A stretch of 64,000 nt of DNA from Paraspadella gotoi (Eukaryota > Animalia > Chaetognatha): positions 17,248,278-17,312,277 of the forward strand of contig CM119264.1 of NCBI GenBank assembly GCA_051294375.1, in the 5' to 3' direction. Both the position numbers and the translations under genes were made by a program. Positions 42,637 to 55,876 of the stretch are shown piece after piece. The notes under the pieces are model-generated. The model made no database searches, was not told the origin of the DNA, and was given only the letters and a program-made list of their open reading frames with translations. Position 1 is the first letter of the stretch, and every line of letters begins with the position of its first letter.

Positions 42637-43027
42637 ATTCTTTATTTTTTCAGACTTTCTCTCTTCTTTTTCCCTCTTTCTTTCATGTGTCGAGGGATGT
42701 ATTCTCACTATTTCAGTCGGAATTTTTTTTTATTATTATTTACATCTAGGAAGTTTCATCATAATCGTCGTCATCATCGTCATCATCGGTTTTTTCTGCA
42801 GGCTCTCTCGTCCTCAGGTGTTCTCCCTCCGTTGACATTGATACATCATCCTTCTTTTCGTTTTCCGTGTTCCTAAAATCTTTTCTGTCAAGACCTCTTC
42901 CTCCTCATCTTCCTCCTCCTCTCTATCCCCCTCCTCTTCTTCCTCCTCTTCCGCCTCGTTCCAAGCTCTCGCTCTTCTTCCTATTTATTTTATTCCTCCT
43001 CTTCTTGGTTCCATAAAAAAAAATTTA

Positions 43028-43153
43028 GAACGAAGAAACGAACGAACTAAAAAATATTACGAACGAACGAACGAACAATCAAGTAAACAAGCGAACAAAC
43101 CAACTAACGAACGAATGAAAAAACGAACGCACCAACGAAAGAAAGAACGAACG
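43028..43153. repeat. Degenerate (AACG)n tetranucleotide repeat
   Basis: gaacgaacgaac arrays; also present in the redundant copies. Confidence 0.75.
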
Positions 43154-43622
43154 TCTTTCAACAAAACGCGTCATTCCCTCATGCAAAGCATAACAAAATC
43201 AACGCTGTATCAGTTTGGCTTCCTCTCTTCATCCAACTTTGAATATCTCTCCTTCCGCGCCCAGATCCAGTGGCACGATCGAGAAGGGTGCCAAGAGCTC
43301 GATGGGTTCGCCCCCGCGACGGGAGGGCAGACGGAAGGGCGAGAGGAAGGCGGAGAGTCTTCCCCACACTTCACCGGGGCGCATCATCGATGGGCGGGCG
43401 CCGCTTCTTCACCGGGGCGTGTAGCTTGGCTTCGGAGGGCGTGCCCGCTCGGCGGGGCGGNNNNNNNNNNNNNNNNNNNNNNNNNCGGGAGGAGGCCTCT
43501 CCGCCCATTCTTCGCCCCCGTTAACCGCACCCACTGCCCCGGGGGCGGCCACGTAGAGGAGCACGCTCGAACGCTTTGAAAGAGGAAATCGGCGGCCGCG
43601 TGCCTGCGCTGCCGCGAGAGAG

Positions 43623-43655
<33 letters not shown>

Positions 43656-43667
43656 AGAAGAAGATAG

Positions 43668-43703
<36 letters not shown>

Positions 43704-43843
43704 AGAGAGAGAGAGAGAGCAGAGAGAGAGAGAGAGACCAGTCCCGCTCGAGCAGCGTCGCTGCTGGCGTTCATTTCCCCCCATCCCTCCCCTTCATCCC
43801 GGCCATGCAGCGCGCCATTTGCCGACGAGCGCGTCCCGGGATT

Positions 43844-43878
<35 letters not shown>

Positions 43879-43925
43879 AGAGAGGAAGAGAGAGAGAGAG
43901 AGAGAGAGAGTAGGAGATAATCATC

Positions 43926-44007
43926 ATGACGTCATTGGCTTTAAGGTGTTTTCTGATTGGGTGGGCGAGAAGCAACGCCCTCCGGAAAACTACGTGTTCG
44001 GGATTGG
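43926..44007. promoter_or_regulatory. CRE plus triple CCAAT plus GT/Ets-motif cluster
   Basis: ATGACGTCAT at 43926-43935; ATTGG at 43934, 43956 and 44003; also GGGTGGGCG and CCGGAA. Largely retained in the redundant copies (~49060, ~52544). Confidence 0.45.
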
Positions 44008-44058
44008 TCGACGGAAAGAGAAAGGCGCAAAGCTCGAATGTTCACGAGACTTGGTTTC

Positions 44059-44093
<35 letters not shown>

Positions 44094-46659
44094 CTCTCCT
44101 GCTCTCTCTCTGCTCTCTCTCTCTCTCCTTCTCTCTCTCCTCTCATCTCTGCTCTCTTTCTCTCTCTCTCTCACTCTCTCTCCCTCTGATGAAAGATGGC
44201 TTTAAGGCTAGATATCTAATTAACTAATCGGAAGAAGATTTTAGGCTGATTTGCCATAATTTTTTTTGTGGGCATTCTGAATTTGTAAGGGATGAAATTG
44301 TCAAAAGTATTTGACATAAATGTAAAAGTAGAAGTGATATTGAGAGTTTTAAAGATAACACATTTTCTTATCAATAAATATTGATACGCAGTCTGGCATG
44401 GGCAACGAATCTGCATTTAATTCAATTTAATTTAAATATTCTTTCCAATTACCATTTTTTTCCATCGCGGGTCCGGCGTACAAACGTTGCATTTCGGAAA
44501 AAAACCCTCTTGTCACTATGTTCAGATTGTTACTTACAATTGTTGATCTTAACTTTGTAACCACAACACAAATTAGGTCTTGAATGAAGGATTGGTTAGA
44601 AACATCATCCACCCGTTTCTTAATGATAAAATATACCAATTTGGCAACTTTTAGCCAAAAAAATTATGTCCCATTATTTGGTCCATTTTAACTTAGACTT
44701 CTGATTTTGAACGCCAAGGAAAGTTGAGAAAAATCTTTTTACTTTGAATAATCCGTTCTTTCTATGTCTCTTTACCTCTGGGTAAATTTATTAGCTTAAA
44801 ATCATTTATAGTTTGCCTATAAAATAATTTTAAAGTAAGCAAGTCAAAAAGTTGAGCTTTCAATCTTTTCATAATTATGTTAAACAAAAAATAAATCAAA
44901 TTGGTTGAAATTAACACAGAAAATATAGCACTATGAATAAGGCTTTTAACACCTAATAAAAAATTATCAAAACTTTTTTGGTTTAGCCACAAAATACTTT
45001 TTAAAAGACAGTCTTTTAATTTTGTGACTTTTTTTGTGACTTGCATTTAATTTTTGATAAAGAGAATATTTTCAACCTCATTTAATTAGTTCTTAAAAGA
45101 TGAGCGTACTACAATACTGACCTTTAGATTAATTACAAAAAAAACCGCATCCTTTTAACCCAATAGGAAAGAGTCCAGGACTTGTTTCCTTCTCAGAAAT
45201 CGACAGATTTTGCGGAAAATTTTTCCCCGCAAAATCTCGTCGATTACTGAAATTTGCTAGGCAACCAAAATGGAAAAGAAAAATCATGCGCTAAAAAAAA
45301 ATCCGTTTCATCTTTCCTTTCTTATCAATGAAATCATAAGAATTTTTTAATCGATTTGGTTCCAATATAAAATAAGATAAAATAAGTTAAAGGAAAAGAG
45401 GAAAGGGAGAACAAGAAAAGGCAGAAGGGGGAATATGAGAGAGAATAGGGAAAAAAGAAAAAAGAGGAAGGCAAAGGGGATAAAAGTAGAGAGATAAAGG
45501 TAAGGCGGGAAGAAGGGGGGAATTTAAAGAAAAAGAAGGGGAAAAGAAAGGAAGGAGAGAATAAGAGAAAAAAAAAGATAGGAAAGGGAAATGAGGAGAA
45601 GCCAGGGAAAGGTAAGGGGGTAAAAAAATGGAAAGTGAGAGTCGAATATGTAAGGGAGGAAAGAGGGTATAAAAAATGAAAAGCGTGAAGAAAGAAAGGT
45701 AAACGGAGAAAGAATAACAGAGAGGATATGAGAAAGGAAAAATGGTCAACAGATATTGTGGTGTCTTTTCTGAATATTTTGCTCTAAATAAAAGATACAA
45801 AATTATTATAGGGAATTCGATCTTTAATACAGTTTTCATGTACGATGAAAATTCTCAAGGAAGTTAATGAGATTAGATTGATACAGCAATCGGAAGAAAT
45901 CTGTCTACGCCGTATTTTTAACTCATAGCAATTTTATCTGGGACGTACTAGTCATAAGAGGAAGATAACTATAGCCTTCCGTTTTTTTAAATGAAGAAAG
46001 ATTCATACTCAGCAATGAGATACAATCAGAGATTGAACGTAAAATTAAGTTCAAGATTCCATTGTCTAAAAGAGCCCTGATCTATCTAGGCGGAACCCGC
46101 GATGAGAGCTCGTAGTAAAAGTCAAAACTTTTTTAAAACTAAAGCTCGATCGATACATTAAAGTCTCGACGTTTTGAGGGGGAAAAATCCTGACGGGGAT
46201 GACGATGAAGACATTAACGACGACGACCAGACGACGACGACGAAGACGAGAATACAGAACGAAAAGGATATAAAGGGTTTACACAGTTTTGTAGGGAACC
46301 GATTCTTTGTAAAGGGTGAGTTTAGTATCCTTTTGTCATCGAGAAAGAGAAGAATCCTTTGTGACGAGCGAAAGAAAACACGAAATACTCGATGTACCGA
46401 CGACCGACCGACCTCTTTGTCACAGACCACCAAAAACAGGACCCCCTTCGACACACCCAACAAGCCCCTCGCGACTGACTCGCGACCCGTCGGAGATTTC
46501 AAAGTGTGAAGTGAAGTGAGTAGCGATCCAAAGACGAATAATCACCTTTTTGCGAAAGCGCCTTGAGAAAATGAGGAACGTAGACAAAAATTGGAGGGGG
46601 ACTGTTTTTTAAATTTATCATCCTGCCAAAACAGAGAGAGAAGAGGAGAGAGAGAGAGA

Positions 46660-46695
<36 letters not shown>

Positions 46696-46969
46696 AGAGA
46701 GAGAGAGAGAGAGAGAAGAGATAAAAAGGGGGCGTCAGTGGATATTTATTCGATTTCGATGAGAAAAGCAAACTGTTGCGAGTCGTTGGTCGGGGAGACC
46801 CCCCCCCGAAAAACATCCGATCGGCACGCGACATTCTTTTACGCCTGGAGGATGTTGTTACGAGCTTTTCATAATCCTCCGAACCTTCGAGCTGTCAACA
46901 ATTCGCGTCACATTCCATCTCTGCCAATTGGGAGACGAGAGAGAGAGAGAGAAGAGAGAGAGAGAAGAG

Positions 46970-47305
46970 AGATCTCTCTCCCTCTGATGAAGATGGCTTT
47001 TAAGCGGCATACGAAAATTAATTAACTAATGAAGAAGAAGAAGGCTGATTTGCATAATTTTTTTTAGCAAGTAAAAGAGTCTTCCCAATTTCTGGCTGCG
47101 CTCAACATTTCCTAGTCCATTTTTGTCTAAAAATTTACAAAGATTTTTTTTCTTCAGGAATCTTTAACTTTTTAAGAGCAACAAAGTTTACAAACTGAAA
47201 AAAAAAAGTATTAAAAACGAAAGAAAAACTGGAAAAAAATCGCGATGAAAGGAAACGAATTGGAAAGTAAAGAAAGAAAAATGGGAAGGAAAATGGAAGA
47301 AAGGG
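46970..47305 (+). repeat. Partial extra copy matching ~49300-49633
   Basis: Runs ctctctccctctgatgaagatggc...aaatggaagaaagg up to the 25-N gap. Confidence 0.85.
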
Positions 47306-47330
47306 NNNNNNNNNNNNNNNNNNNNNNNNN

Positions 47331-48747
47331 AAACGACGAGAGATCGTCCTCCCCACCAGCGGGCAACATCTAAACTTAACAACTTTTTGGGGGCTTTTTG
47401 ATCTCAGTTTTTCTCACTCTCGCTGCTCTCTACACATCTCTCTCTCTCTTTTCCTCGATCCGCCTCAACTCTTCACACTCTCGCTTCTCCTTTCTTCTCT
47501 CCATGCCTTCTCCTCTCTCTCTCTACGCTCTGCACACTTCCATCGCATCGCGATGTATCAAGCAGCCAAAGAGTTCTTAATTATAAAGCGTTTTCTGTCG
47601 ATCAACATCCGACAGAAAACAAGAAACTCATCACTCGATTGACTTCGGGCGATGTGGGGCGCTGGCAGGCCTGGCTCTCTCCTCTCTCTTCTGCCTCCTT
47701 CTCTCTCTCTCTCTCTTTCTCTCTCTTCTTCTCTCCTCTCCATGCTCCTCTCCCACATTCTTTATTCTTTTTCTCAGACTCTCTCTCCCTCTTCCTTTTT
47801 CCCTGCTTTCTTCATGTGTCGAGGGATGTATTCTCACTATTCTCAGTCGGATTTGTTTTTATTATTATTTACATCTAGGAAGTACTTCCATTCATAATCG
47901 TCGTCATCATCGTCATCATCGTTTCTTTCTGCAGCATCTCCTCGCTCCTCAGTGTTCTCCGCGCTCCGCTTGCCATTGATACATCACTCCTTCCTTTTCG
48001 TTTTCCGTGGTTCCTAAAATCTTTTTTCTCGTCAACCTCTTCCTCCTCATCTTCCTCCTCCTCTCTATCCCTCCTCTTCTTCCTCCTCTTCCGCCTCGTT
48101 TCCAATCTCGCTGCTTCTTCCTACTTTATTTTACTTCACGCTCCTCTTCTTGGTTCCATAAAAACAAATTTAGAACGAAGAAACGAACGAATAAAAATAT
48201 TACGAACGAACCGAACGAACAATCGAAGTAACAAGCGAACAAAACCACTAACGAACGAATGAAAAAAACGAAAAGCACCAACGAAAGAGAACGAACGTCT
48301 TTCTCAACAAAACGCGTCATTCCCTCATCGGCAAAGCATAACAAAATTCAACGCCTGTATCAGTTTGGCTTTCCTCTCTTAATCAACTTTGAATATTCTC
48401 CTTCCGCGCCAGATCCAGTGCGCACTGATCGAGCAAGGGTGCCAGAGCTCGATGGCTTCGCCCCCGCGACGGAGGGCAGAAAGGAAGGGCGGAGGAAGGC
48501 AGGAGCAGCTCTTACCACATCTCACCGGCGGGCGCATCATCGATGGGCGGGCGCCGCTTCTTCACCGGGGCGTGTAGCTTTGGCTTCGAGGGCGTGCCCG
48601 CTCGGGCGGGGCGGGACGAGGGCCTCTTCCGCCCATTCTTCGCCCCCGCTTAAACCGCCCCCTGCCCCGGGGCCGCCAGTAGGAGGAGCGACGCTCGACG
48701 CTTTGAAAAGAGGAAACTCGGCGCCGCGTGCCTTGCGCGGCGCCGAG

Positions 48748-48785
<38 letters not shown>

Positions 48786-48801
48786 AGAAGATAGAGAGAA
48801 A

Positions 48802-48832
<31 letters not shown>

Positions 48833-48973
48833 AAGAGAGAAAGAGAGCAGAGAGAGAGAGAGAGACGCAGTCCCGCTCTCGAGCAGCGGTCGCTGCTGCG
48901 TTCATTTCCCCCCATCCCTCCCCTTCTCCCGGCCATGCACGCGCCATTTGCACGAACGAGCGCGTCCCGGGTT

Positions 48974-49010
<37 letters not shown>

Positions 49011-49012
49011 AG

Positions 49013-49048
<36 letters not shown>

Positions 49049-49183
49049 AGGGAAATATCATGACGTCATTGGGCTTAAGGTGTTTTCTGATTGGTGGGCG
49101 AGAAGCAACGCCCTTCCGGAAAACTAGTGTTCGATTGGTCGAGGAAAGAGAAAGGCGCAAAGTTCGAATGTTCACAGACTTGG

Positions 49184-49229
<46 letters not shown>

Positions 49230-50753
49230 GCTCTCTCTCTGCTCGTCTCTCTCTCTTCTCTCTCTCTCTCTCTCTCTCTGCTCTCTTTCTCTTCTCTCTC
49301 ACTCTCTCTCCCTCTGATGAAGATGGCTTTTAAGCGGCTTCGAAATTAATTAACTAATGAAGAAGAAGAAGGTGATTTGCATAATTTTTTTTAGCAAAGT
49401 AAAAGAGCTCTTCCCAATTTCTGGTGCGCTCAACCAATTTCCTAGTCCATTTTTGTCTAAAAATTTACAAAGATTTTTTTTCTTGCAGGAAGTCTTTACT
49501 TTTTTAAGAGCAACAAAGTTTACAAACTGAAAAAAAAAAGGTATTAAAACGAAAGAAAAACTGTGAGAAAAATCGCGATGAAAGGAACGAATTGAGAAAG
49601 TAAGAGAAAAATGGAAGAAGAAATGGAAGAAAGGAAACCCGGCGGGAAAAAAACCAGAAAGGGATGGCAACGGGGCGGAAGAGGAGGGGTGGAGGGTGGA
49701 AGGAAGATTGGGGGAGGGGCAGGGCAGAAGGGAGGGCTGGGTTAAGGAGCAGGGCGTGCGAAAGAAGGCGAGGTTCGGAGGGGGGAAGTGGGAGAGGATC
49801 AGAGGGCGGGGGAGTTAGGAGGCGGAAGAGAGGCGGAGGATGAAAATAAGAGGGTGGAAAACAAGAACTGAGGGGGCTAAATGGTGGAAGAGAGGTACAG
49901 GTGGGGGTCTTGAGGGTGGAAAGTGTGGCAGGGGGAGCGAGGGGACTAGATAGTGGTAAAGACGAAAGTGTTGGAATGAGGAGTAGGTGGCGTTGACTGT
50001 ATGGCGAACTGGTGGCTATGGTGGGAATAAATAACATGGATTCGCTCGCGGAAATTATCCAAGTTGGTAAGGCTGTAGAATAATGGGGCTGTACATGTGA
50101 AGATGATTTGGAAAGGACTCCTCGCAAAAGTCATCCGAGAGAGAGAGTGTTTTGGTGTGTTGTGAAGACGGGGCATTTCGGATTCTTGACTAGAGGGCGT
50201 TTGTAGGTGGTGACTAGGGGCGGCTCAGGGGTGGAACTCGTTCTTAGGAGGCAAAACTGTAGAGAATCAGATGAAGGAGGAGGAGGAGAAAGACTACGAG
50301 GAGGAGGAGGAGGAGGAGGAGTAGGAGGAAGAAGCGGAGAAAATGAGGGAGAGGAGGAGGATGAGGAGCAGAGAAAGGAACGCGTTAACGTTGGTTGAAG
50401 ATGTGATGACGCGATGGAAGGAAAAAAAAAACGTTAAGAGAAAATGACTTTTTCTCTCTCCACCTCACCCCCCCCCCCCTCCAGCCAGTTTTTTATTTTT
50501 CTTCTTTTTTTCTCTTTTTGTTTCGCGATTAGTTTTTGTTTATGCAGGACGTAGCCACGTAAACAGTTTCTTGGCGGGACAGTCAGTCCATGTTGTAAAA
50601 ACTTTTCTTTTTTCTCTTTCAATTTTTTCTTTCCCTCTCAGTTTTCTTTAGTCAAATTTCTGAATAAAAAAAATATTTTCCAAAACTGCGACCGAAGAAC
50701 TCTTCTTTTTTTCTCACATCAACTGATCAAGTTTAAACCATGATGTCTCCCCG

Positions 50754-50789
<36 letters not shown>
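47331..50789 (+). repeat. Copy 2 of a ~3.5-kb block bounded by 25-N gaps
   Basis: The ORF track is identical to copy 3 at a constant offset of 3484 over 47331-49339. Beyond that the two copies differ by small indels. Confidence 0.92.
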
Positions 50790-50814
50790 NNNNNNNNNNN
50801 NNNNNNNNNNNNNN

Positions 50815-52231
50815 AAACGACGAGAGATCGTCCTCCCCACCAGCGGGCAACATCTAAACTTAACAACTTTTTGGGGGCTTTTTGATCTCAGTTTTTCTCA
50901 CTCTCGCTGCTCTCTACACATCTCTCTCTCTCTTTTCCTCGATCCGCCTCAACTCTTCACACTCTCGCTTCTCCTTTCTTCTCTCCATGCCTTCTCCTCT
51001 CTCTCTCTACGCTCTGCACACTTCCATCGCATCGCGATGTATCAAGCAGCCAAAGAGTTCTTAATTATAAAGCGTTTTCTGTCGATCAACATCCGACAGA
51101 AAACAAGAAACTCATCACTCGATTGACTTCGGGCGATGTGGGGCGCTGGCAGGCCTGGCTCTCTCCTCTCTCTTCTGCCTCCTTCTCTCTCTCTCTCTCT
51201 TTCTCTCTCTTCTTCTCTCCTCTCCATGCTCCTCTCCCACATTCTTTATTCTTTTTCTCAGACTCTCTCTCCCTCTTCCTTTTTCCCTGCTTTCTTCATG
51301 TGTCGAGGGATGTATTCTCACTATTCTCAGTCGGATTTGTTTTTATTATTATTTACATCTAGGAAGTACTTCCATTCATAATCGTCGTCATCATCGTCAT
51401 CATCGTTTCTTTCTGCAGCATCTCCTCGCTCCTCAGTGTTCTCCGCGCTCCGCTTGCCATTGATACATCACTCCTTCCTTTTCGTTTTCCGTGGTTCCTA
51501 AAATCTTTTTTCTCGTCAACCTCTTCCTCCTCATCTTCCTCCTCCTCTCTATCCCTCCTCTTCTTCCTCCTCTTCCGCCTCGTTTCCAATCTCGCTGCTT
51601 CTTCCTACTTTATTTTACTTCACGCTCCTCTTCTTGGTTCCATAAAAACAAATTTAGAACGAAGAAACGAACGAATAAAAATATTACGAACGAACCGAAC
51701 GAACAATCGAAGTAACAAGCGAACAAAACCACTAACGAACGAATGAAAAAAACGAAAAGCACCAACGAAAGAGAACGAACGTCTTTCTCAACAAAACGCG
51801 TCATTCCCTCATCGGCAAAGCATAACAAAATTCAACGCCTGTATCAGTTTGGCTTTCCTCTCTTAATCAACTTTGAATATTCTCCTTCCGCGCCAGATCC
51901 AGTGCGCACTGATCGAGCAAGGGTGCCAGAGCTCGATGGCTTCGCCCCCGCGACGGAGGGCAGAAAGGAAGGGCGGAGGAAGGCAGGAGCAGCTCTTACC
52001 ACATCTCACCGGCGGGCGCATCATCGATGGGCGGGCGCCGCTTCTTCACCGGGGCGTGTAGCTTTGGCTTCGAGGGCGTGCCCGCTCGGGCGGGGCGGGA
52101 CGAGGGCCTCTTCCGCCCATTCTTCGCCCCCGCTTAAACCGCCCCCTGCCCCGGGGCCGCCAGTAGGAGGAGCGACGCTCGACGCTTTGAAAAGAGGAAA
52201 CTCGGCGCCGCGTGCCTTGCGCGGCGCCGAG

Positions 52232-52269
<38 letters not shown>

Positions 52270-52285
52270 AGAAGATAGAGAGAAA

Positions 52286-52316
<31 letters not shown>

Positions 52317-52457
52317 AAGAGAGAAAGAGAGCAGAGAGAGAGAGAGAGACGCAGTCCCGCTCTCGAGCAGCGGTCGCTGCTGCGTTCATTTCCCCCCATC
52401 CCTCCCCTTCTCCCGGCCATGCACGCGCCATTTGCACGAACGAGCGCGTCCCGGGTT

Positions 52458-52494
<37 letters not shown>

Positions 52495-52496
52495 AG

Positions 52497-52532
<36 letters not shown>

Positions 52533-52667
52533 AGGGAAATATCATGACGTCATTGGGCTTAAGGTGTTTTCTGATTGGTGGGCGAGAAGCAACGCCCTTC
52601 CGGAAAACTAGTGTTCGATTGGTCGAGGAAAGAGAAAGGCGCAAAGTTCGAATGTTCACAGACTTGG

Positions 52668-52713
<46 letters not shown>

Positions 52714-54240
52714 GCTCTCTCTCTGCTCGTCTCTCTCTCTTCTCTCTCTCTCTCTCTCTCTCTGCTCTCTTTCTCTTCTCTCTCACTCTCTCTCCCTCTG
52801 ATGAAGATGGCTTTTAAGCGGCTACGAAATTAAATTAACTAATGAAGAAGAAGAAGGCTGATTTGCATAATTTTTTTTAGCAAAGTTAAAAGAGCTCTTT
52901 CCCAATTTCTGGTGCGCTCAACAATTTCCTAGTCCATTTTTGTCGTAAAAATTACAAAGATTTTTTTTCTTGCAGGAATCTTCTACTTTTTTAAGAGCAA
53001 CAAAGTTTACAAACTGAAAAAAAAAAGTATTAAAAGAAAGAAAAACTGGGAAAAATCGCGATGAAAGGAACGAATTGGAAAGTAAGAGAAAAATGGGAAG
53101 AAATGGAAGAAAGGGGAAACCCGGCGGGAAAAAAACCAGAAAGGGATGGCAACGGGGCGGAAGAGGAGGGGTGGAGGGTGGAAGGAAGATTGGGGGAGGG
53201 GCAGGGCAGAAGGGAGGCGGGTTAAGGAGCAGGCGTTGCGAAAGAAGGGGAGGTTCGGAGGGGAAGTGGAGAGGAATCAGAGGGGGTGGGAGTTAGAGGC
53301 GGAAGAGAGGCGGAAGGATGAAAAATAAGAGCGGTGGAAAACAAGAACTGAGGGGGTAAAATGGTGGAAGAGAGGTACAGGTGGGTTGAGGGTGGAAAGT
53401 GTGGCAGGGGGGCGAGGGACTAGATGTGGTAAAGACGCAAAGTGGTTGGAATGAGGAGTAGGTGGCGTTGGACGCTGTTATGGCGACTGTTGCTATGGTG
53501 GGAAAATAATAACATGGATTCGCTCGCGGGAAATTATCCAAGTTGGTAAGGCTGTAGAATAATTGGGGCTGTACATGTGAAGATGATTTGGAAAGGAACT
53601 CTCGCAAAGTCATCCGAGAGAGAGAGTGTTTTGTGTGTTTGTGAAAGACGGGGCATTTTCTGGATTCTTGACTAGAGGCGTTTGTAGTGGTGACTAGGGG
53701 CGGCTCAGGGGGTGGAACTCGTTCTTAGGAGGCAAAACTGTAGAGAATCAGATGAAGGAGGGAGGAGGAAAGAGACTACGCGAGGAGGAGGTAGGAGGAG
53801 GAGGAGGAGTAGGAGGAAGAAGCGGAGAAAATGAGGAGAGGAGGGAGGATGAGGGCAGAGAAAGGAACCGCGTTAACGTTGTTGAAGATGTGATGACGCG
53901 ATGGAAGGAAAAAAAAAACGTTAAGAGAAAATGACTTTTCTCTCTCCCCTCCCCCCCCTCTCCAGCGTTTTTTTTTTTCTTCTTTTTTCTCTTTTTGTTT
54001 CGCGATTAAGTTTTTGTTTATGCAGGACGTAGCCACGTAAGCAGTTTCTTGCGGGACAGTCAGTCCATGTTGTAAAAACTTTTCTTTTTCTCTTTCAATT
54101 TTTTCTTTCCCTCTCAGTTTCTTTAGTCAATTTCTGAATAAAAAAAATTTTTCCAAAACTGCGACCGAAAACTCTTCTTTTTTTCTCACATAACTGATCA
54201 AGTTTAAACGGCATGATGTCTCTCCTCCGGACGACGACGG
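50815..54240 (+). repeat. Copy 3 of the ~3.5-kb block
   Basis: Begins aaacgacgagagatcg right after a 25-N gap, exactly as copy 2 does. Confidence 0.92.
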
Positions 54241-54304
54241 ACGACGACGAGTACACGACGACGCCGACGACGACGCACGACGCACGACGACGACAAGGCG
54301 AACA

Positions 54305-54339
<35 letters not shown>

Positions 54340-54785
54340 AGCCTGTGACACCGAAAGAGTCGACTTTGCGATGAAACCTCTAACGCGTGATCATTGAGCG
54401 ACGGAATTGTGAAGCTTTTGAAGAGAGCGAAGCAAGACATCAAAAAAGATTTAGAATCATAAAAACGAGATTTTTTGAATTATGTTGAACAGCCACCGCT
54501 TTTCAAAGCGAGAGCAACAAGCAAGGTAATCCACCACTTTACGGCCGATTTAGTTTCATTTACGTACTAAGACTTCTTGAAATAATGCTTATGCATCTGG
54601 TCTCTCTCCTTATTGAGGCATGAAATAAAGCTGAAAATAATCATTTTAGGGGTAAACTCCAATAAACCCATTAGCGATAGAATGATAGAAAAACAAAAAA
54701 GAAAAACAGCGTGAGAGAATCGGAGAAAGAAAAAAAAATTAAAAAGAGAAAGAAATTAAGAAAGAAAGAAAGAAAGAAAGAAAAA

Positions 54786-54877
<92 letters not shown>

Positions 54878-55175
54878 AGTGTCTTCACTTTCGCCGTTAG
54901 CGTCAAGTTTTGACTAACGACGATCGAGAACCGAGATTCGACTTGTAGTCTCTCTCCAGTGGACGAGCGTCTCCAATCCCTGACTTGGACCAACCCCGCT
55001 CGTTCGGAACGACGTTAATCGACGGCGTCGGCGTCCGTTTGAAACTCTCGCGGAAAACAGGAAAACAAAAGACAAATAACCGCAGGAAATTTTTGTCTCG
55101 GGGAAATAAAATTCTCGAGAGAAGAGCGAAAGGACATGACGTTAACGTCGTTCCTTTCTTGACGAGGAAGCAAGG

Positions 55176-55287
<112 letters not shown>

Positions 55288-55540
55288 CTTACAGTGATTG
55301 TACTTGAGAATCTCGAATCGCGAGAAAGGACTCGGAGGGGAGGCGAAAATGAATTTGTCGCATTCGATATCATTTTCGACTTCAAAGTCTTTTTTTTTAT
55401 CGCGTTTCAATTAAGTCTAATTTTAAGGTGGCCCCAACGGCGAGGAGAACCGAGGGAAGAAGGCTTGTAACCTGTTTCGGTCTCGATAGACCCGTTGATG
55501 TTACGAGAACTTAGTGGAGTGAGTACATAAATTGTAATTA

Positions 55541-55587
<47 letters not shown>

Positions 55588-55852
55588 GTCAAAGTTATTT
55601 GCTTGACTTTCGGCTTGAAGAGCAGCTATTTCAGAGTTTTCCCTTTGAACATTATTCCTTATCAAATTAATTCGAAAACGTTTCCCTACTTACGACAATC
55701 GTAAAATTCATCGGTCGTCTTTCATCCTCAGTTTTTTTCCCCTTCGTGTTTTTCCATTAAAATTTTCCCAAAGTTAATCATCGAACAACATATATTAAAA
55801 AGTGAGTCTTCGAAGGCGCCGAAACCATGCGACCTCGAAAGTTTGAACTTAC

Positions 55853-55876
55853 CTGGTGAAGAAGGCTGGTGGCCAT
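55853..55876 (-). CDS. Sp6-9: Sp6-9 distal first coding micro-exon (MATSLLHQ)
   Basis: Minus strand reads ATG GCC ACC AGC CTT CTT CAC CAG|GTAAGT: a perfect donor, phase 0, matching the 9622 acceptor. It resembles the vertebrate SP8 first-exon peptide MATSLLG. The joined CDS is 24+172+1242+404=1842 nt (613 aa). Confidence 0.75.

Noticed and set aside
49314-49355. CTGATGA...CGAAA hammerhead-like spacing (also ~44186, 46984, 52798 and 11306)
   Set aside because: No complementary stem I and a poor stem II; the 11306 case lacks GAAA.
50035-50072. Plus-strand ATG...G|GTAAGG mini-exon (MDSLAEIIQV)
   Set aside because: It lies in noisy redundant sequence, the frame differs in the other copy, and there is no partner exon.
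55847-55856. ACTTACCTGG, resembling the 5' end of U1 snRNA
   Set aside because: The rest of U1 is absent; it is the reverse complement of the micro-exon's perfect 5' splice site.
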